Shown piece after piece: positions 39,417 to 49,451 of a DNA stretch of 64,000 nt. The DNA comes from Sulfurospirillaceae bacterium. GTDB taxonomy: Bacteria > Campylobacterota > Campylobacteria > Campylobacterales > Sulfurospirillaceae. Both the position numbers and the translations under genes were made by a program. A model generated the notes under the pieces. That model saw only the letters and a program-made list of their open reading frames with translations, had not been told where the DNA came from and ran no database searches. Numbering within the stretch: the stretch's first letter is position 1; every line of letters starts with the position of its first letter. The stretch is taken from contig JAWVXD010000003.1 of NCBI GenBank assembly GCA_033723415.1, positions 96,001 through 160,000 of the forward strand. The letters run 5' to 3'.

Positions 39417-40441
39417 ACGATTTCCTCCGAATTGAGAAGATTTGCACACTCTTCAGGAGACATCGGATTGATAGCCATATTTGTGGAAAGCTCAAAACCT
39501 CCAAGTTTATAAATTCTTGGAATGATACTGAGGGAGAAGCGAAAACTTTTGTGAATATATGGCAGATACTCTTCATTTTGGAAGTTGCTATTTAGCGGGG
39601 ACAATTTAAAGTATAAGTTATAGTCAAATTCTCCCAACTGTTTTTTTAACTTAAAAAATACATGTTTGATAATCAAAGAGAGGTTTTTTACATCATCATG
39701 ATCACACTCGTCTAAATTGCCGATATTTTTTGTCGGAGCTATCATTACTTCAAAAGGGAAACTACTGGCAAATGGACAAAAAGCAACAAAATCTCCGATT
39801 TCGCCGATTACTCTGTTGTCTTTAAAAAATCTTTCATTCTCTACTATGTCTTGAAGTTTTCCTCTGCCGTGTTTACGATAATATTCCAAATTCTGTTTTA
39901 AAAAATCAAGTTCATTTTTTGGCATAATAGGCAGTGCTAAAAGCTGTGTGTGTGGATGCTCTTGCGTTGCACCGCTATTTGAGCCGTGATTTTTAAAAAC
40001 GCTGAGGTGAACCAATCGCATATCGTTTCTTAGATCTACAATACGCCTGATGATGCTTTTGAGCCAATTTTCTATTTTATACTCTTCCAAGTCATCCAAA
40101 TCATTTTTATGTTCCGGGGAATCAATCAGTACTTCATGAGCACCGACTCCAGGGATGCTTTCAAACAAACCTTTTCGTCTGGATCTGTCTTCAAGCTCGA
40201 TTTGTACGGCTTTGAAAAGATTCGGCACGACTCTTGTCTGCCAGCCTGCAGTATTGGCTTCATTGTCTCTTAGTGCAAAGATCTCAGGAGGGGTTAGGTA
40301 TTCGTTTCCATAGCAAAACGGACACGTTGTATTGTTTGTATCCGGCTTATTTTTGCATTGATAAAAATCAGGTCTATGTAGTCTCTCAGGAGCAATTAAA
40401 ATATACTGATTTCTGAGTAAATCAAATCTTATCTCAGACAT
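39413..40441 (-). CDS. GalT-like hexose-1-phosphate nucleotidyltransferase (HIT superfamily)
   Basis: APERLHRP, CPFC, GAHEV and GATQEHPHTQ motifs. Confidence 0.85.
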   Translation of the reverse strand: MSEIRFDLLRNQYILIAPERLHRPDFYQCKNKPDTNNTTCPFCYGNEYLTPPEIFALRDNEANTAGWQTRVVPNLFKAVQIELEDRSRRKGLFESIPGVGAHEVLIDSPEHKNDLDDLEEYKIENWLKSIIRRIVDLRNDMRLVHLSVFKNHGSNSGATQEHPHTQLLALPIMPKNELDFLKQNLEYYRKHGRGKLQDIVENERFFKDNRVIGEIGDFVAFCPFASSFPFEVMIAPTKNIGNLDECDHDDVKNLSLIIKHVFFKLKKQLGEFDYNLYFKLSPLNSNFQNEEYLPYIHKSFRFSLSIIPRIYKLGGFELSTNMAINPMSPEECANLLNSEEIV

Positions 40442-42464
40442 CATCAACTCCTAGTGTTAGTTTTAAATGCATCTTTAAATGAATTTCCGTAAATAATATA
40501 AATGAGATCTGCTGGGCAACCATATCAAATCCGTTTTCACTTTGAGATACCGTATTTAATATAAAAGCATTTAGGTCGCAATTTTGATTCAAAGAGAGAT
40601 GTATTTTTTTATTTGTAAACGTATCTATGATCGCAAGATCTTTTATATCTTCTAAAACCAAACCTTCTTGGATCAATTCACCGTTAAAGGTTACAAGATG
40701 CGGATGTGCAAAGTGCAGATTAAACTCTACACCATAATACATATTTTCTTGATATTCTGTTTTAAAATCGAGTTTCACGCTTAGCTCTTTGTCTAAGAAA
40801 GAAAACTGTTTGGTCATGATGGCAGGATAATGTTCTTCGAGATAAATTCCGCCTTCACGGCTAAATATCAGTGTTTTTTCATCGAGTTCATATGGTTGAT
40901 TTGCAAAATCTCCGATTTCTCTAAAGTTTGTCTGCCTAAAATTTTCCAGGTTAAACGAGGTATCTGAGAAGTGATCAACAAAAGAATATTTTAAATACCA
41001 ATCAAATATCAAATTTTCTTTTAATTTTTCATCTATGTTTTCTTGGCTGTTATGAATAGTGGCGATTTCATCTTCATTTTGTTCATGTATTTCGATTTTT
41101 TGTGGGAAAAGTATCTTGTCATGATAAGCTTCTTTCCTTCTCATCAGAGTATTTTGCCAGTTAAATTCAGCATCTAAAGATCCAAACTCTACCATTTGGG
41201 CACCGTTTTTGGATGAAAATACACAAGAGAGTGAGCGGCTTAGCACTTTTAATTCATCAAACCCGTCCATATCCAAATCCAATACTTCATAGTCTAGTTC
41301 TTTTTTTGCAAACTCTTTTTCTAAATGCATCAAGTATGTATATGCATTATCTCGCAAAACAGGGAGGTATAAGCCTCCAAAAACACCATGCCAAAACACA
41401 TCATTGGTCTGAAGTTTATATAGATAGTCTTTTGCCTTGGCACTAAAACTATCTTGCTTTTTGCTCATATAAAGCATTCTTTTATGCAGATAATTGCTCT
41501 CTTCATATTTTACAAAAAAATTCTTCCAAATTCCACCTTTGATGAAAGAGATTCCAAGATTGTCGAAGTACTCGCTTCCCACTTCTTGTTTTAATTTCTC
41601 TAGACCAAGTGTCTGTTCGCTTCTTAGACTCCACTCTCCCATCTCAAAATATGAGGTATTGTTTAGATAAGCGATACCTTTAGATCTATTGTTGTTTAGA
41701 TAATCACAAAAGTGTTCTGTTTTTATTCTTTTTTCGCTTAAAACAGCTTCTATAAAATTTTCTAACCATTTTTTTTCATATACCCACTCATGAGTTTTTG
41801 GCCAAAGTCCAAACTTTTCCCCATCATCAAATATAATAGCAGCCGAATTTTCACTTTTACGGCAATTTAATATCGCTTCGATCGAGCGTTCGACACTAAA
41901 AAACGGTAACGCGTAACGAAGCGCTCCTGAGATCGGAAATAAGGCAAGTTTCTCACCGCTTTCTTCGCTCTCATAATAACCATCCATCTTTGCGGCATCA
42001 AAACCGCTGCTTAGAAAGTGATAATCATCGATGAGGGCAAAGTCAATGTTTGCTTTTTTTAAATCAGGAACTATAGAAGATTCCCAAACCCTCTCCGTCA
42101 GCCAGAGTCCGTTTGAATCAACTTTGAAGTGTTTTTTTATATATTTACTAAGCAGGTTTATTTGCGAGACTCGATCATTTGAAGGGATAACGCTTAAAAT
42201 CGGCTCATAAAATCCGGCACTGATCCACTCTATGGAGTTAGATTTTGTTAGAATCTGCATATTTTTAAAAATATCAGGATGTTTTACTCGTATCTGATCC
42301 AACAGCCAACCGCTGCAATGAAGAGAAAATTTAAACTCAGGATACTTGATCATCGTCTCGAAAAAAGGTTTGTAGCATCGTTCAATTGCTTCATCTACTG
42401 CAATGCCTAGATTATCTACAGGCTGATGCATATGTACTCCAAAGAGTAAACTAACTTCTTTCAT
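40434..42464 (-). CDS. GH57 4-alpha-glucanotransferase / alpha-amylase
   Basis: HMHQP, WLTERVW, DDGEKFG and QTNDVFWHG motifs. Start ATG 42464 after GGGAG. Confidence 0.88.
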   Translation of the reverse strand: MKEVSLLFGVHMHQPVDNLGIAVDEAIERCYKPFFETMIKYPEFKFSLHCSGWLLDQIRVKHPDIFKNMQILTKSNSIEWISAGFYEPILSVIPSNDRVSQINLLSKYIKKHFKVDSNGLWLTERVWESSIVPDLKKANIDFALIDDYHFLSSGFDAAKMDGYYESEESGEKLALFPISGALRYALPFFSVERSIEAILNCRKSENSAAIIFDDGEKFGLWPKTHEWVYEKKWLENFIEAVLSEKRIKTEHFCDYLNNNRSKGIAYLNNTSYFEMGEWSLRSEQTLGLEKLKQEVGSEYFDNLGISFIKGGIWKNFFVKYEESNYLHKRMLYMSKKQDSFSAKAKDYLYKLQTNDVFWHGVFGGLYLPVLRDNAYTYLMHLEKEFAKKELDYEVLDLDMDGFDELKVLSRSLSCVFSSKNGAQMVEFGSLDAEFNWQNTLMRRKEAYHDKILFPQKIEIHEQNEDEIATIHNSQENIDEKLKENLIFDWYLKYSFVDHFSDTSFNLENFRQTNFREIGDFANQPYELDEKTLIFSREGGIYLEEHYPAIMTKQFSFLDKELSVKLDFKTEYQENMYYGVEFNLHFAHPHLVTFNGELIQEGLVLEDIKDLAIIDTFTNKKIHLSLNQNCDLNAFILNTVSQSENGFDMVAQQISFILFTEIHLKMHLKLTLGVDDV

Positions 42465-42478
42465 ATTTTCTCCCAAAA

Positions 42479-44515
42479 TCATATAAACCAATTTTCACTA
42501 TAATCATTTGCTATATCCATATCAAGTTCTCCAAATCCTGGTAAAGTCTGTATAATTTTATTGCCGATACAAAGTTCAAATCTACATTTTATTGATTTTT
42601 CATTTATAGGTTTTTTATCTATTCTCATATCAAGCCATTTTCCGATTGTAAAATCGATGTCCAAAACACCAAGATGCTTGCATTTTCCACTATTTTTGCA
42701 ACTTTGCAGCGAAATATGTTCATTGATGTCAAGTGGATCGATGATGATATTTATTTTATCATATGTATTCAATTCTTCGTCGTTTGCCAAAAATGCAAAG
42801 TAGAGATAATTCTCATCTTGCCCATAGAGTATTTTCTTGATCGGTCCTCGAGCTTTGTCCATAGTAGAAAAAAGTTTTGTTTCATCTATGATGCCACAGC
42901 CAATCCACTCAAAAAATGAATTGTGATTGCCATCAAGGCTTGGTGTAATGTTTGATTGAGGCGGCAATAAAAAGTGTTTTGAGCTTTTGTGTTTTGTTAT
43001 GGGCTCAAACAAATCAGAAGGAGGGGATACTCCCATCAAAAGATATATGCTGATAAGATGAGCTCTAAAGAGATCGTCAAATTCAATTCCAAATTCGGTA
43101 TAGTGATCATCTCCATACCACCAGAACCAATCAGAGCATTCAGCCAATAAAAATTCATCGGTTATCTTATTTTTGATCTCATCGCTCAAATTTTCTTTGT
43201 GATGTTCAAAGTCTCTTTTTGTAAGATATATAAGATCCCAGGCTCTTGTTTTTTCATTGTGACCTACCCAGGTATTAAATTCTCCGTTGATCCAACTTCC
43301 CGGGCTCAAACAATCCAAGGTTTTCTTTTCTAACTTTAATACTTCATCCATGTGAACAGTTTGACACCAGCTTGTCTCATTCAAGTCATGATAGAGTGTG
43401 TCAAAAAAATCAAATCCGTTATTTTTATAGAATTCCCAGGCATTTTCACCATCAAGTATCACGAAAACAGTGCCGTTGGGATTTTCATTTTCTATATGCT
43501 GCAATGCATTGATAAAATGTTTGCCTGCTTTTGACGCATCCCAAAATCTATATGTGAAACCTATCAGGTCGCTAAGTCCATGATCTCTAAAACCAATGCA
43601 CATATTGTCGTAAATATAGGGTGAGTATAAATTTTTTCTGTCATTGTTTTGAAGAGATTTAAATAATATGGCCTCATCGGTAGCGATCCATTTGATACCG
43701 CAATCTTGCAAAAGTTGCACACTTTTAGTATCCACTGCACCTTCTGCCGGCCAAAAACCACTCACTTCAAATCCAAAAGTTTCAGAAAATAATTTTTGTG
43801 CTCGCTCAACCTGAGCTTTGGCATCTTCGCTAAGAGAGATGCTTTGTCTTGGAATATTGGTGCTTTTATTTGCAGTAATTGCATTGTTCATATCTATCAA
43901 AAGAGGAAGTATCGGGTGGTTTAGCGGTGTAGTAGATATGGATATTCTGCCTTGTTGTGCCAAGGAAGTGTAATACTCAAATATACTTTGGATGAATTTT
44001 GACAACTCTTTAAGTAGTTTAATCTTGTCGTTTATGTCAAAACCTCTACCTTTGGCCATCAAGTGTTTTACGCTCTCATTGTGAGTTCTCAAATACATGC
44101 CACACCATGAAAGGATAAACAGTACTTGCATATCAAAAAGTTCATAATCTTCATATGCGGTGTAAGAATATAAAGTCTTAAAATGAGGCAATGATGAAAT
44201 CATAGTGTCGTATTGCGCACTTTTGCAGATCTTGATCATCCATTGACGCTCACTCTCGTTTAGTTCATTGATCTCTTTTAGCCATAGATTTAGAAAATAG
44301 TCATGAGATTGCGGCTTTTCATAGTAAAGTTTTAATTGTTCTATCAATGGGCAAGTGATGTTGAATGTAGCTTTAATATTGTCATGACGAGATAACATCC
44401 ATGGCATATCAAAATAATCCTTGATGGCATGCAAAAAAACCCAAGGCATCTTCATAATACCTGCATTATCTCTATAATCGGGTTGGTGCATATGCCAAAT
44501 AAAGCTTAAATTCAA
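42479..44515 (-). CDS. GH57 glycoside hydrolase (amylopullulanase-like)
   Basis: WHMHQP, HPILPLL, GFWPAEG, LDGENAWE and AECSDWFWW motifs. Probable TTG start at 44515. Confidence 0.87.
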   Translation of the reverse strand: MNLSFIWHMHQPDYRDNAGIMKMPWVFLHAIKDYFDMPWMLSRHDNIKATFNITCPLIEQLKLYYEKPQSHDYFLNLWLKEINELNESERQWMIKICKSAQYDTMISSLPHFKTLYSYTAYEDYELFDMQVLFILSWCGMYLRTHNESVKHLMAKGRGFDINDKIKLLKELSKFIQSIFEYYTSLAQQGRISISTTPLNHPILPLLIDMNNAITANKSTNIPRQSISLSEDAKAQVERAQKLFSETFGFEVSGFWPAEGAVDTKSVQLLQDCGIKWIATDEAILFKSLQNNDRKNLYSPYIYDNMCIGFRDHGLSDLIGFTYRFWDASKAGKHFINALQHIENENPNGTVFVILDGENAWEFYKNNGFDFFDTLYHDLNETSWCQTVHMDEVLKLEKKTLDCLSPGSWINGEFNTWVGHNEKTRAWDLIYLTKRDFEHHKENLSDEIKNKITDEFLLAECSDWFWWYGDDHYTEFGIEFDDLFRAHLISIYLLMGVSPPSDLFEPITKHKSSKHFLLPPQSNITPSLDGNHNSFFEWIGCGIIDETKLFSTMDKARGPIKKILYGQDENYLYFAFLANDEELNTYDKINIIIDPLDINEHISLQSCKNSGKCKHLGVLDIDFTIGKWLDMRIDKKPINEKSIKCRFELCIGNKIIQTLPGFGELDMDIANDYSENWFI

Positions 44516-44525
44516 TGTTTTGTTC

Positions 44526-47027
44526 TCATTGTTTTGACCATAGGTCAATCTTTTTGCTATATTTATCGTATATTGCATTTCCTTTGGCTTCATCGGTTGC
44601 CTGAATATAGATGTTAAGATGATCGCTATACTGATCAGGTATCATCAGTATCCAATCTGTTTCATTTTCCCAGATTTTTACACCGTCTATTGAAGATGAT
44701 TTTTTACCGACAGAGGCTTCTAGGAATTTGCGCATCATTTTTCCCTTCAAAGATTGTGAACACGCGATCTTTTTGGAAGTATAGAAAAACTCATCTACCA
44801 GTTTTGAGACTTCTGAGAGTTTAATCTCATGACAGTTTAACATCTCCATAATTTTTAGACTTGCATACATAGCGTCACGTGTCAGCCCAAACTCCGTAAA
44901 TGTGAAGTTACCGTCCATAGTCGCGACCAAATCATACTCTTTGAGTTTTTCTGCTTTGAAGTTTGAGTAATTTCCTCTCTCTATTTCTAAATTCTCAAAA
45001 TAGATCATGTCCGTTGACCAGGTAGGAAGAAATACTCTTTTTTTCTTTTTACCATTGTTCATGTTAAGTAGGTACATGACAGCCAATAAGCCTTTTACTT
45101 TATTTAAAACTTCGCCTTCATCGGTTATCAATAAAAGTCTTTGCGCATTAGGATATATTATGATACCCATATCGTATTTTAGGCTTGTTACTATATTTGC
45201 AATATTTGATTTGGCTCTTTTTTCAAGATTCTCGATATTTGAGAGTTTTTTGCTGTCATAATAGGCATCAAGAACGATATTTTCAACACCAAGATCATTT
45301 AAAAGTAGAGGAAAAATCTCTGACGTACTACCGTGCATTACATCAAGCGCAACTTTAAAGCCTCCGCATTTGATGATGTTATGATCGATCTTGCCTTCAA
45401 TATCATTGATATATGCTTCACACTCTTTCCCATATAGGGATTCTTCTATTTCACCGATTTTAGAGTAATCCACTCTCCTGAACTTTTCTGTAAAAAAAGC
45501 TTTTTCAACTCCTTTTATAGAATTTGAATCAATTCTCAGAGCCTCTTCGTTAAATAGTGTGATCTGAGAACATGTCGTATCGACTATATCTCTTCTAAAA
45601 TGAGCCCCGGCTATAATAGAGTCATCTTTTGAAATAGAATATCTTAAAATAGAAGAGGCTATATTTTTCATATCTACTACATTTATACCGGCGGATAAAA
45701 GACCACCCAAGAATGCACGCTTTAACATCCTTGAGCTTTTGTCATTGTCTCTTCCTACTGCTACTTTTGATCCTATTGGCAGTTGTGAAGCAAAGGCTTC
45801 GGCTAGTTTTGTTGCCATATCGCATGAAAGCTCTATATTGCTTTTACCTGAAACGCTGCCACCTTCAAATATAGTATTTTTGTATCTGCTCCCAAGAACT
45901 AGATTGTGACTAACTATAGAGGCTGCTTCTATCTTCTTGTCAGGCCAGATAGTGACATCTCTTTCAAATGTTGCAAGCTCTTCTACTTCGCAGTTTTGAG
46001 CCAATATTAATCCTGCTTTCGCAGTGACATTTTTACCTATTACATTGTCATAGCAAATAATGCATCCATCAAATTTTGCATTTTTCCCAACCTTGATATT
46101 ATCCCAAAAGACGCTATTTCTTATATTGCTGTCGCTTCCTATTTTGACATTGTTTCCTATGACCACATTGTTTAATCTTACATTTTTCTCGATGACAACA
46201 TCTTTGCCCAGTACTACATTGCCTATTATCTCTATACTTTTGTCAAGCTCATAGATAGTGTCGCTGTATAGGATTCCATCAGGATATGATGTTTGTACGC
46301 CGGGGATCGTAAAGTTAAAACGATTTGACAATATGTCTTGATAAACTTCTCTGTAGCTTTCAGGGTTTCCTACATCGCGCCAATATCCTTTTAAATTATA
46401 TCCCATAAGTTTGATTTCACTTTTCATTAAGTTTGGAAAAAGATCTTTTCCAAAATCAAAATTTTCACCTTTTGGTATATAATCTAAAATTTCAGGTTCT
46501 ATTATATATATGCCTGTATTGATCGTATCGCTAAATACTTCTCCCCAACTTGGTTTCTCTAAGAATTTTTCAATCTCACCATTTTGATTTGCAATGACTA
46601 CTCCAAATTGCAGAGGATTTTCAACAGAAGTCAGTCCTATTGAGAGTTTGGCTTTCTTTTTTGTATGAAAATCAAATAATTTTTGAAAGTCAAAATCAGT
46701 GACTAAATCACCGCTTATGATGATAAAATTTTCATCTTTGATCAGATCTTGTGCAAGTTTCACCGCACCCGCAGTTCCATAATCATCATCAGGCGTTATA
46801 TAATCGATCTTTATGCCAAAATCGCTGCCGTCTTTGAAATAATTTTTTATGATTTCCGGTTTATAGTATAAAAGGACTATGAACTCTTTGATACCTAAAT
46901 TTTTTAACATCATCATGGTGTGTTCCATCATAGGTCTATTTACGATAGGAAGCATTGGTTTGGGTATTGAGTGAGTGAGGGGCTGTATTCTAGTGCCGAA
47001 TCCGCCTGCCATTACAACAGCTTTCAT
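44526..47027 (-). CDS. Sugar-phosphate nucleotidyltransferase + left-handed beta-helix + phosphomannomutase-like fusion
   Basis: MAGGFGTRIQPLT..PKP, GTAGAV, FLEKP and YWRDVG motifs, hexapeptide repeats, then a PMM-like C-terminal half. Confidence 0.88.
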   Translation of the reverse strand: MKAVVMAGGFGTRIQPLTHSIPKPMLPIVNRPMMEHTMMMLKNLGIKEFIVLLYYKPEIIKNYFKDGSDFGIKIDYITPDDDYGTAGAVKLAQDLIKDENFIIISGDLVTDFDFQKLFDFHTKKKAKLSIGLTSVENPLQFGVVIANQNGEIEKFLEKPSWGEVFSDTINTGIYIIEPEILDYIPKGENFDFGKDLFPNLMKSEIKLMGYNLKGYWRDVGNPESYREVYQDILSNRFNFTIPGVQTSYPDGILYSDTIYELDKSIEIIGNVVLGKDVVIEKNVRLNNVVIGNNVKIGSDSNIRNSVFWDNIKVGKNAKFDGCIICYDNVIGKNVTAKAGLILAQNCEVEELATFERDVTIWPDKKIEAASIVSHNLVLGSRYKNTIFEGGSVSGKSNIELSCDMATKLAEAFASQLPIGSKVAVGRDNDKSSRMLKRAFLGGLLSAGINVVDMKNIASSILRYSISKDDSIIAGAHFRRDIVDTTCSQITLFNEEALRIDSNSIKGVEKAFFTEKFRRVDYSKIGEIEESLYGKECEAYINDIEGKIDHNIIKCGGFKVALDVMHGSTSEIFPLLLNDLGVENIVLDAYYDSKKLSNIENLEKRAKSNIANIVTSLKYDMGIIIYPNAQRLLLITDEGEVLNKVKGLLAVMYLLNMNNGKKKKRVFLPTWSTDMIYFENLEIERGNYSNFKAEKLKEYDLVATMDGNFTFTEFGLTRDAMYASLKIMEMLNCHEIKLSEVSKLVDEFFYTSKKIACSQSLKGKMMRKFLEASVGKKSSSIDGVKIWENETDWILMIPDQYSDHLNIYIQATDEAKGNAIYDKYSKKIDLWSKQ

Positions 47028-47107
47028 ATTGTTACCTCTTCTTTACTAGGCTTAACAGAGTAAAAAGTCCTCTTATTGAAGTGTACGTCTTGCGTAGTAT
47101 ATTTCAT
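47024..47107 (-). CDS. Unannotated 27-aa small ORF (MKYTTQDVHFNKRTFYSVKPSKEEVTI)
   Basis: AAGGAG RBS 7 nt before the ATG; the stop overlaps the next start codon (ATGA). Confidence 0.55.
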   Translation of the reverse strand: MKYTTQDVHFNKRTFYSVKPSKEEVTI

Positions 47108-47169
47108 ATTTATGCTCCTTCATTAGAGAAAATCAGCACGATCTCTTTGATTAAGAGAAGAAGCTGTTG

Positions 47170-47448
47170 TTATATTTTTAAAAGTGAGTTTTTAGAGTTA
47201 AATGGTGTATCTATTGTTTCACTGTGTTCATCACATATCCAATTGTTGCCATCTAATTTATATCCAAATTGATGAGTGTTGTCAGATTTTAGAATTTTTG
47301 TAATATAAAATTCTCCATTTTTTTTGATTTTCATCGGCTCATTTTGCCAATCATTCCAATCACCACAAATATCCACGCTATTTGCATGTTCAGGCGATAA
47401 AGTAAATGTAACCCAAGATTTGTTTCCTTTTTTTGTAACCTTTACCAT
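47170..47448 (-). CDS. Stand-alone glycogen-binding domain protein (isoamylase early-set / CBM48-like)
   Basis: VTFTL...VDICGDWNDW...PMK...FGYKLDG..W. Start ATG 47448 after AAGGAG. Confidence 0.82.
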   Translation of the reverse strand: MVKVTKKGNKSWVTFTLSPEHANSVDICGDWNDWQNEPMKIKKNGEFYITKILKSDNTHQFGYKLDGNNWICDEHSETIDTPFNSKNSLLKI

Positions 47449-47606
47449 ATTGATCTCCTTAAATTGTGTAAGTGCCTTAATCAAGGACTTGTTGGTTACA
47501 TTATATCTAACATTTATAAATAAATGGAATCAAGGTTGTTTATGAAATAAGCAGATTTTTAATTTTTGGAAGTTTTTTGGAGATACTAAAGTATCCCCTG
47601 AAATTT

Positions 47607-47834
47607 TTATAAGCTGTTTTCTTTCTTATAATCTAAGATCATAGCATATGCTTCATCTTTAAGTTTTAATTTTTCTTTTTTTAATATATCAAGTTCCGAT
47701 GCTTCTATATGTTCTCTACCGCCTTCTGCATCATTGATCTTTTTATCAAGTTCATTGTGTCTTTCGAAAATTTTTGCAAAGTGTGCATTTTGTACTTTAA
47801 TATTAGAAATTATATCTCTATATTCGTTTAACAT
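47607..47834 (-). CDS. YdcH/DUF465-family small protein
   Basis: EYRDII...NAHFAKIFERHNELD...LKKEKLKLKD. Confidence 0.8.
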   Translation of the reverse strand: MLNEYRDIISNIKVQNAHFAKIFERHNELDKKINDAEGGREHIEASELDILKKEKLKLKDEAYAMILDYKKENSL

Positions 47835-47886
47835 TCTTTCTCCTTTTTGATTTTATTATAATTGATGATTCTAGCAAATGTATGCT

Positions 47887-49071
47887 TCAAGTTCTATAAT
47901 CTGCATTGATTTTTACATATTCGTAACTGAGATCACATCCATAAGCCGTATAGGAAAAATTTCCCATAAATAAATTGCATTTTATTTTAAAAGAGTCTTG
48001 CTTCATCACGGCGTTTGCTCTTGCTTCAGTTTCCGTATCTAAAGTCGGTTGGTTGATCGAGTGAACCAAAACCTGGTCGTAGTAAATCTCAAGTTTTTCT
48101 TCATCACACGCTATGTTTGCAGCTCCGATCGTAGATGCGATTCTCCCCCAGTTTGGATCTTCTCCAAAGAGTGCGGTTTTTACCAAAAGTGAATTGCTCA
48201 ATGCCTTGGCTGCTTTTATGGCATCATCTTGCGATGCAGCTCCGTTGACTTCAAAAGCGACGACCTTATTGGCGCCTTCTCCGTCTTTTAAGATCATCAT
48301 AGCGAGGTTTTTGGTGATAAAATCCAAAGAGGCTGCAAAAGCGGTTTTATCGTAACATTTTTTTGTTTTATTACTTAGTAAAAAGATACTGTCATTGGTA
48401 GAAGTATCGCCATCGACGCTGATGGTATTAAAAGATTTCTCAGTGCTCGCAAGTAATAGTTCATCCATGTCGGCTTTTGGTATGTTTGCATCAGTCACTA
48501 AAAAGCACAGCATAGTGGCCATTGCAGGATTGATCATGCCAGCGCCCTTGCAAATGCCTGCGATATGAAAAAATTCACCGTTATCAAGTTCCACTTTGAC
48601 GCACAACTCTTTTTTAAAACTATCGGTTGTCATGATAGCGGTCGCCGCGGCATTTGAATTTTTTTCGTTAAAATCAAACTTTTGTATCGCTTCTTGTATC
48701 TTTTTCGTATCAAGACGGTAACCTATAACGCCGGTTGAACTCATAATAGGATTTTGTAGTTTTAGATTGGTTAGATTATTAAATATCGTGTTAATATCTT
48801 CAATGCCCCGTTCCCCCGTAATAGCGTTGGCATTTTTTGAGTTCATGAGTATAAAGTTTGTTTTGAAGTTTTTCGGATAGCGTTTAAAGTGTTTTATAGG
48901 AGCTGCTTGAAATTTATTTGTCGTAAAAAGTGCAGATACGTCGCACTCTAAATCACTTCTGATAAATGCTACATCTAAACCTGCATCCTTCTTAAATCCT
49001 GCACTTACCCCACTTGAATAAAAACCTTCGACATTGTCAAGACCGCCTTGCAGCGAAATAATATTGAACAT
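47887..49071 (-). CDS. argJ: Bifunctional ornithine acetyltransferase / N-acetylglutamate synthase
   Basis: NSKNANA, SSTGVIG, KGAGMINPAMATML, DGDTSTND and YVKINADYRT motifs. Confidence 0.96.
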   Translation of the reverse strand: MFNIISLQGGLDNVEGFYSSGVSAGFKKDAGLDVAFIRSDLECDVSALFTTNKFQAAPIKHFKRYPKNFKTNFILMNSKNANAITGERGIEDINTIFNNLTNLKLQNPIMSSTGVIGYRLDTKKIQEAIQKFDFNEKNSNAAATAIMTTDSFKKELCVKVELDNGEFFHIAGICKGAGMINPAMATMLCFLVTDANIPKADMDELLLASTEKSFNTISVDGDTSTNDSIFLLSNKTKKCYDKTAFAASLDFITKNLAMMILKDGEGANKVVAFEVNGAASQDDAIKAAKALSNSLLVKTALFGEDPNWGRIASTIGAANIACDEEKLEIYYDQVLVHSINQPTLDTETEARANAVMKQDSFKIKCNLFMGNFSYTAYGCDLSYEYVKINADYRT

Positions 49072-49116
49072 ATTGAAACTCTTTTTTCTGAATTTGTGAT
49101 GAATCGGGTCTAAATA

Positions 49117-49152
49117 TTTTTGGAATTAAGTAAGCTTACCTAATTCCAAAAA
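49117..49152. terminator. Long stem-loop downstream of rpmB
   Basis: TTTTTGGAATTA...TAATTCCAAAAA enclosing GTAAGCTTAC. Confidence 0.6.
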
Positions 49153-49162
49153 GCTAAAAGTT

Positions 49163-49351
49163 TTAAGCGTTTTTTTTCATAGTCCTAAGAGTTGAAGCAG
49201 CAACTTTGATTTTCATAGTTGTGCCATCTTCTAATGTTACTCTGACGCTTCTAAGATTCGGAAGAAATCTTCTTTTTGTTTTATTGTGAGCGTGGCTTAC
49301 GTTATTTCCAACCATTGGCCCTTTGCCTGTTATTGCGCATCTTCTTGCCAT
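49163..49351 (-). CDS. rpmB: 50S ribosomal protein L28
   Basis: [33 protein letters not shown]. Confidence 0.98.
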   Translation of the reverse strand: MARRCAITGKGPMVGNNVSHAHNKTKRRFLPNLRSVRVTLEDGTTMKIKVAASTLRTMKKNA

Positions 49352-49451
49352 TTTGAATCCCTTGAATTTTTATAAGGCTGATATTATACCAAAAATTTAT
49401 AAAGGTTTTATGAAATTAACGATAAAATCTTGAAAATTTAAAAAAAAGATG

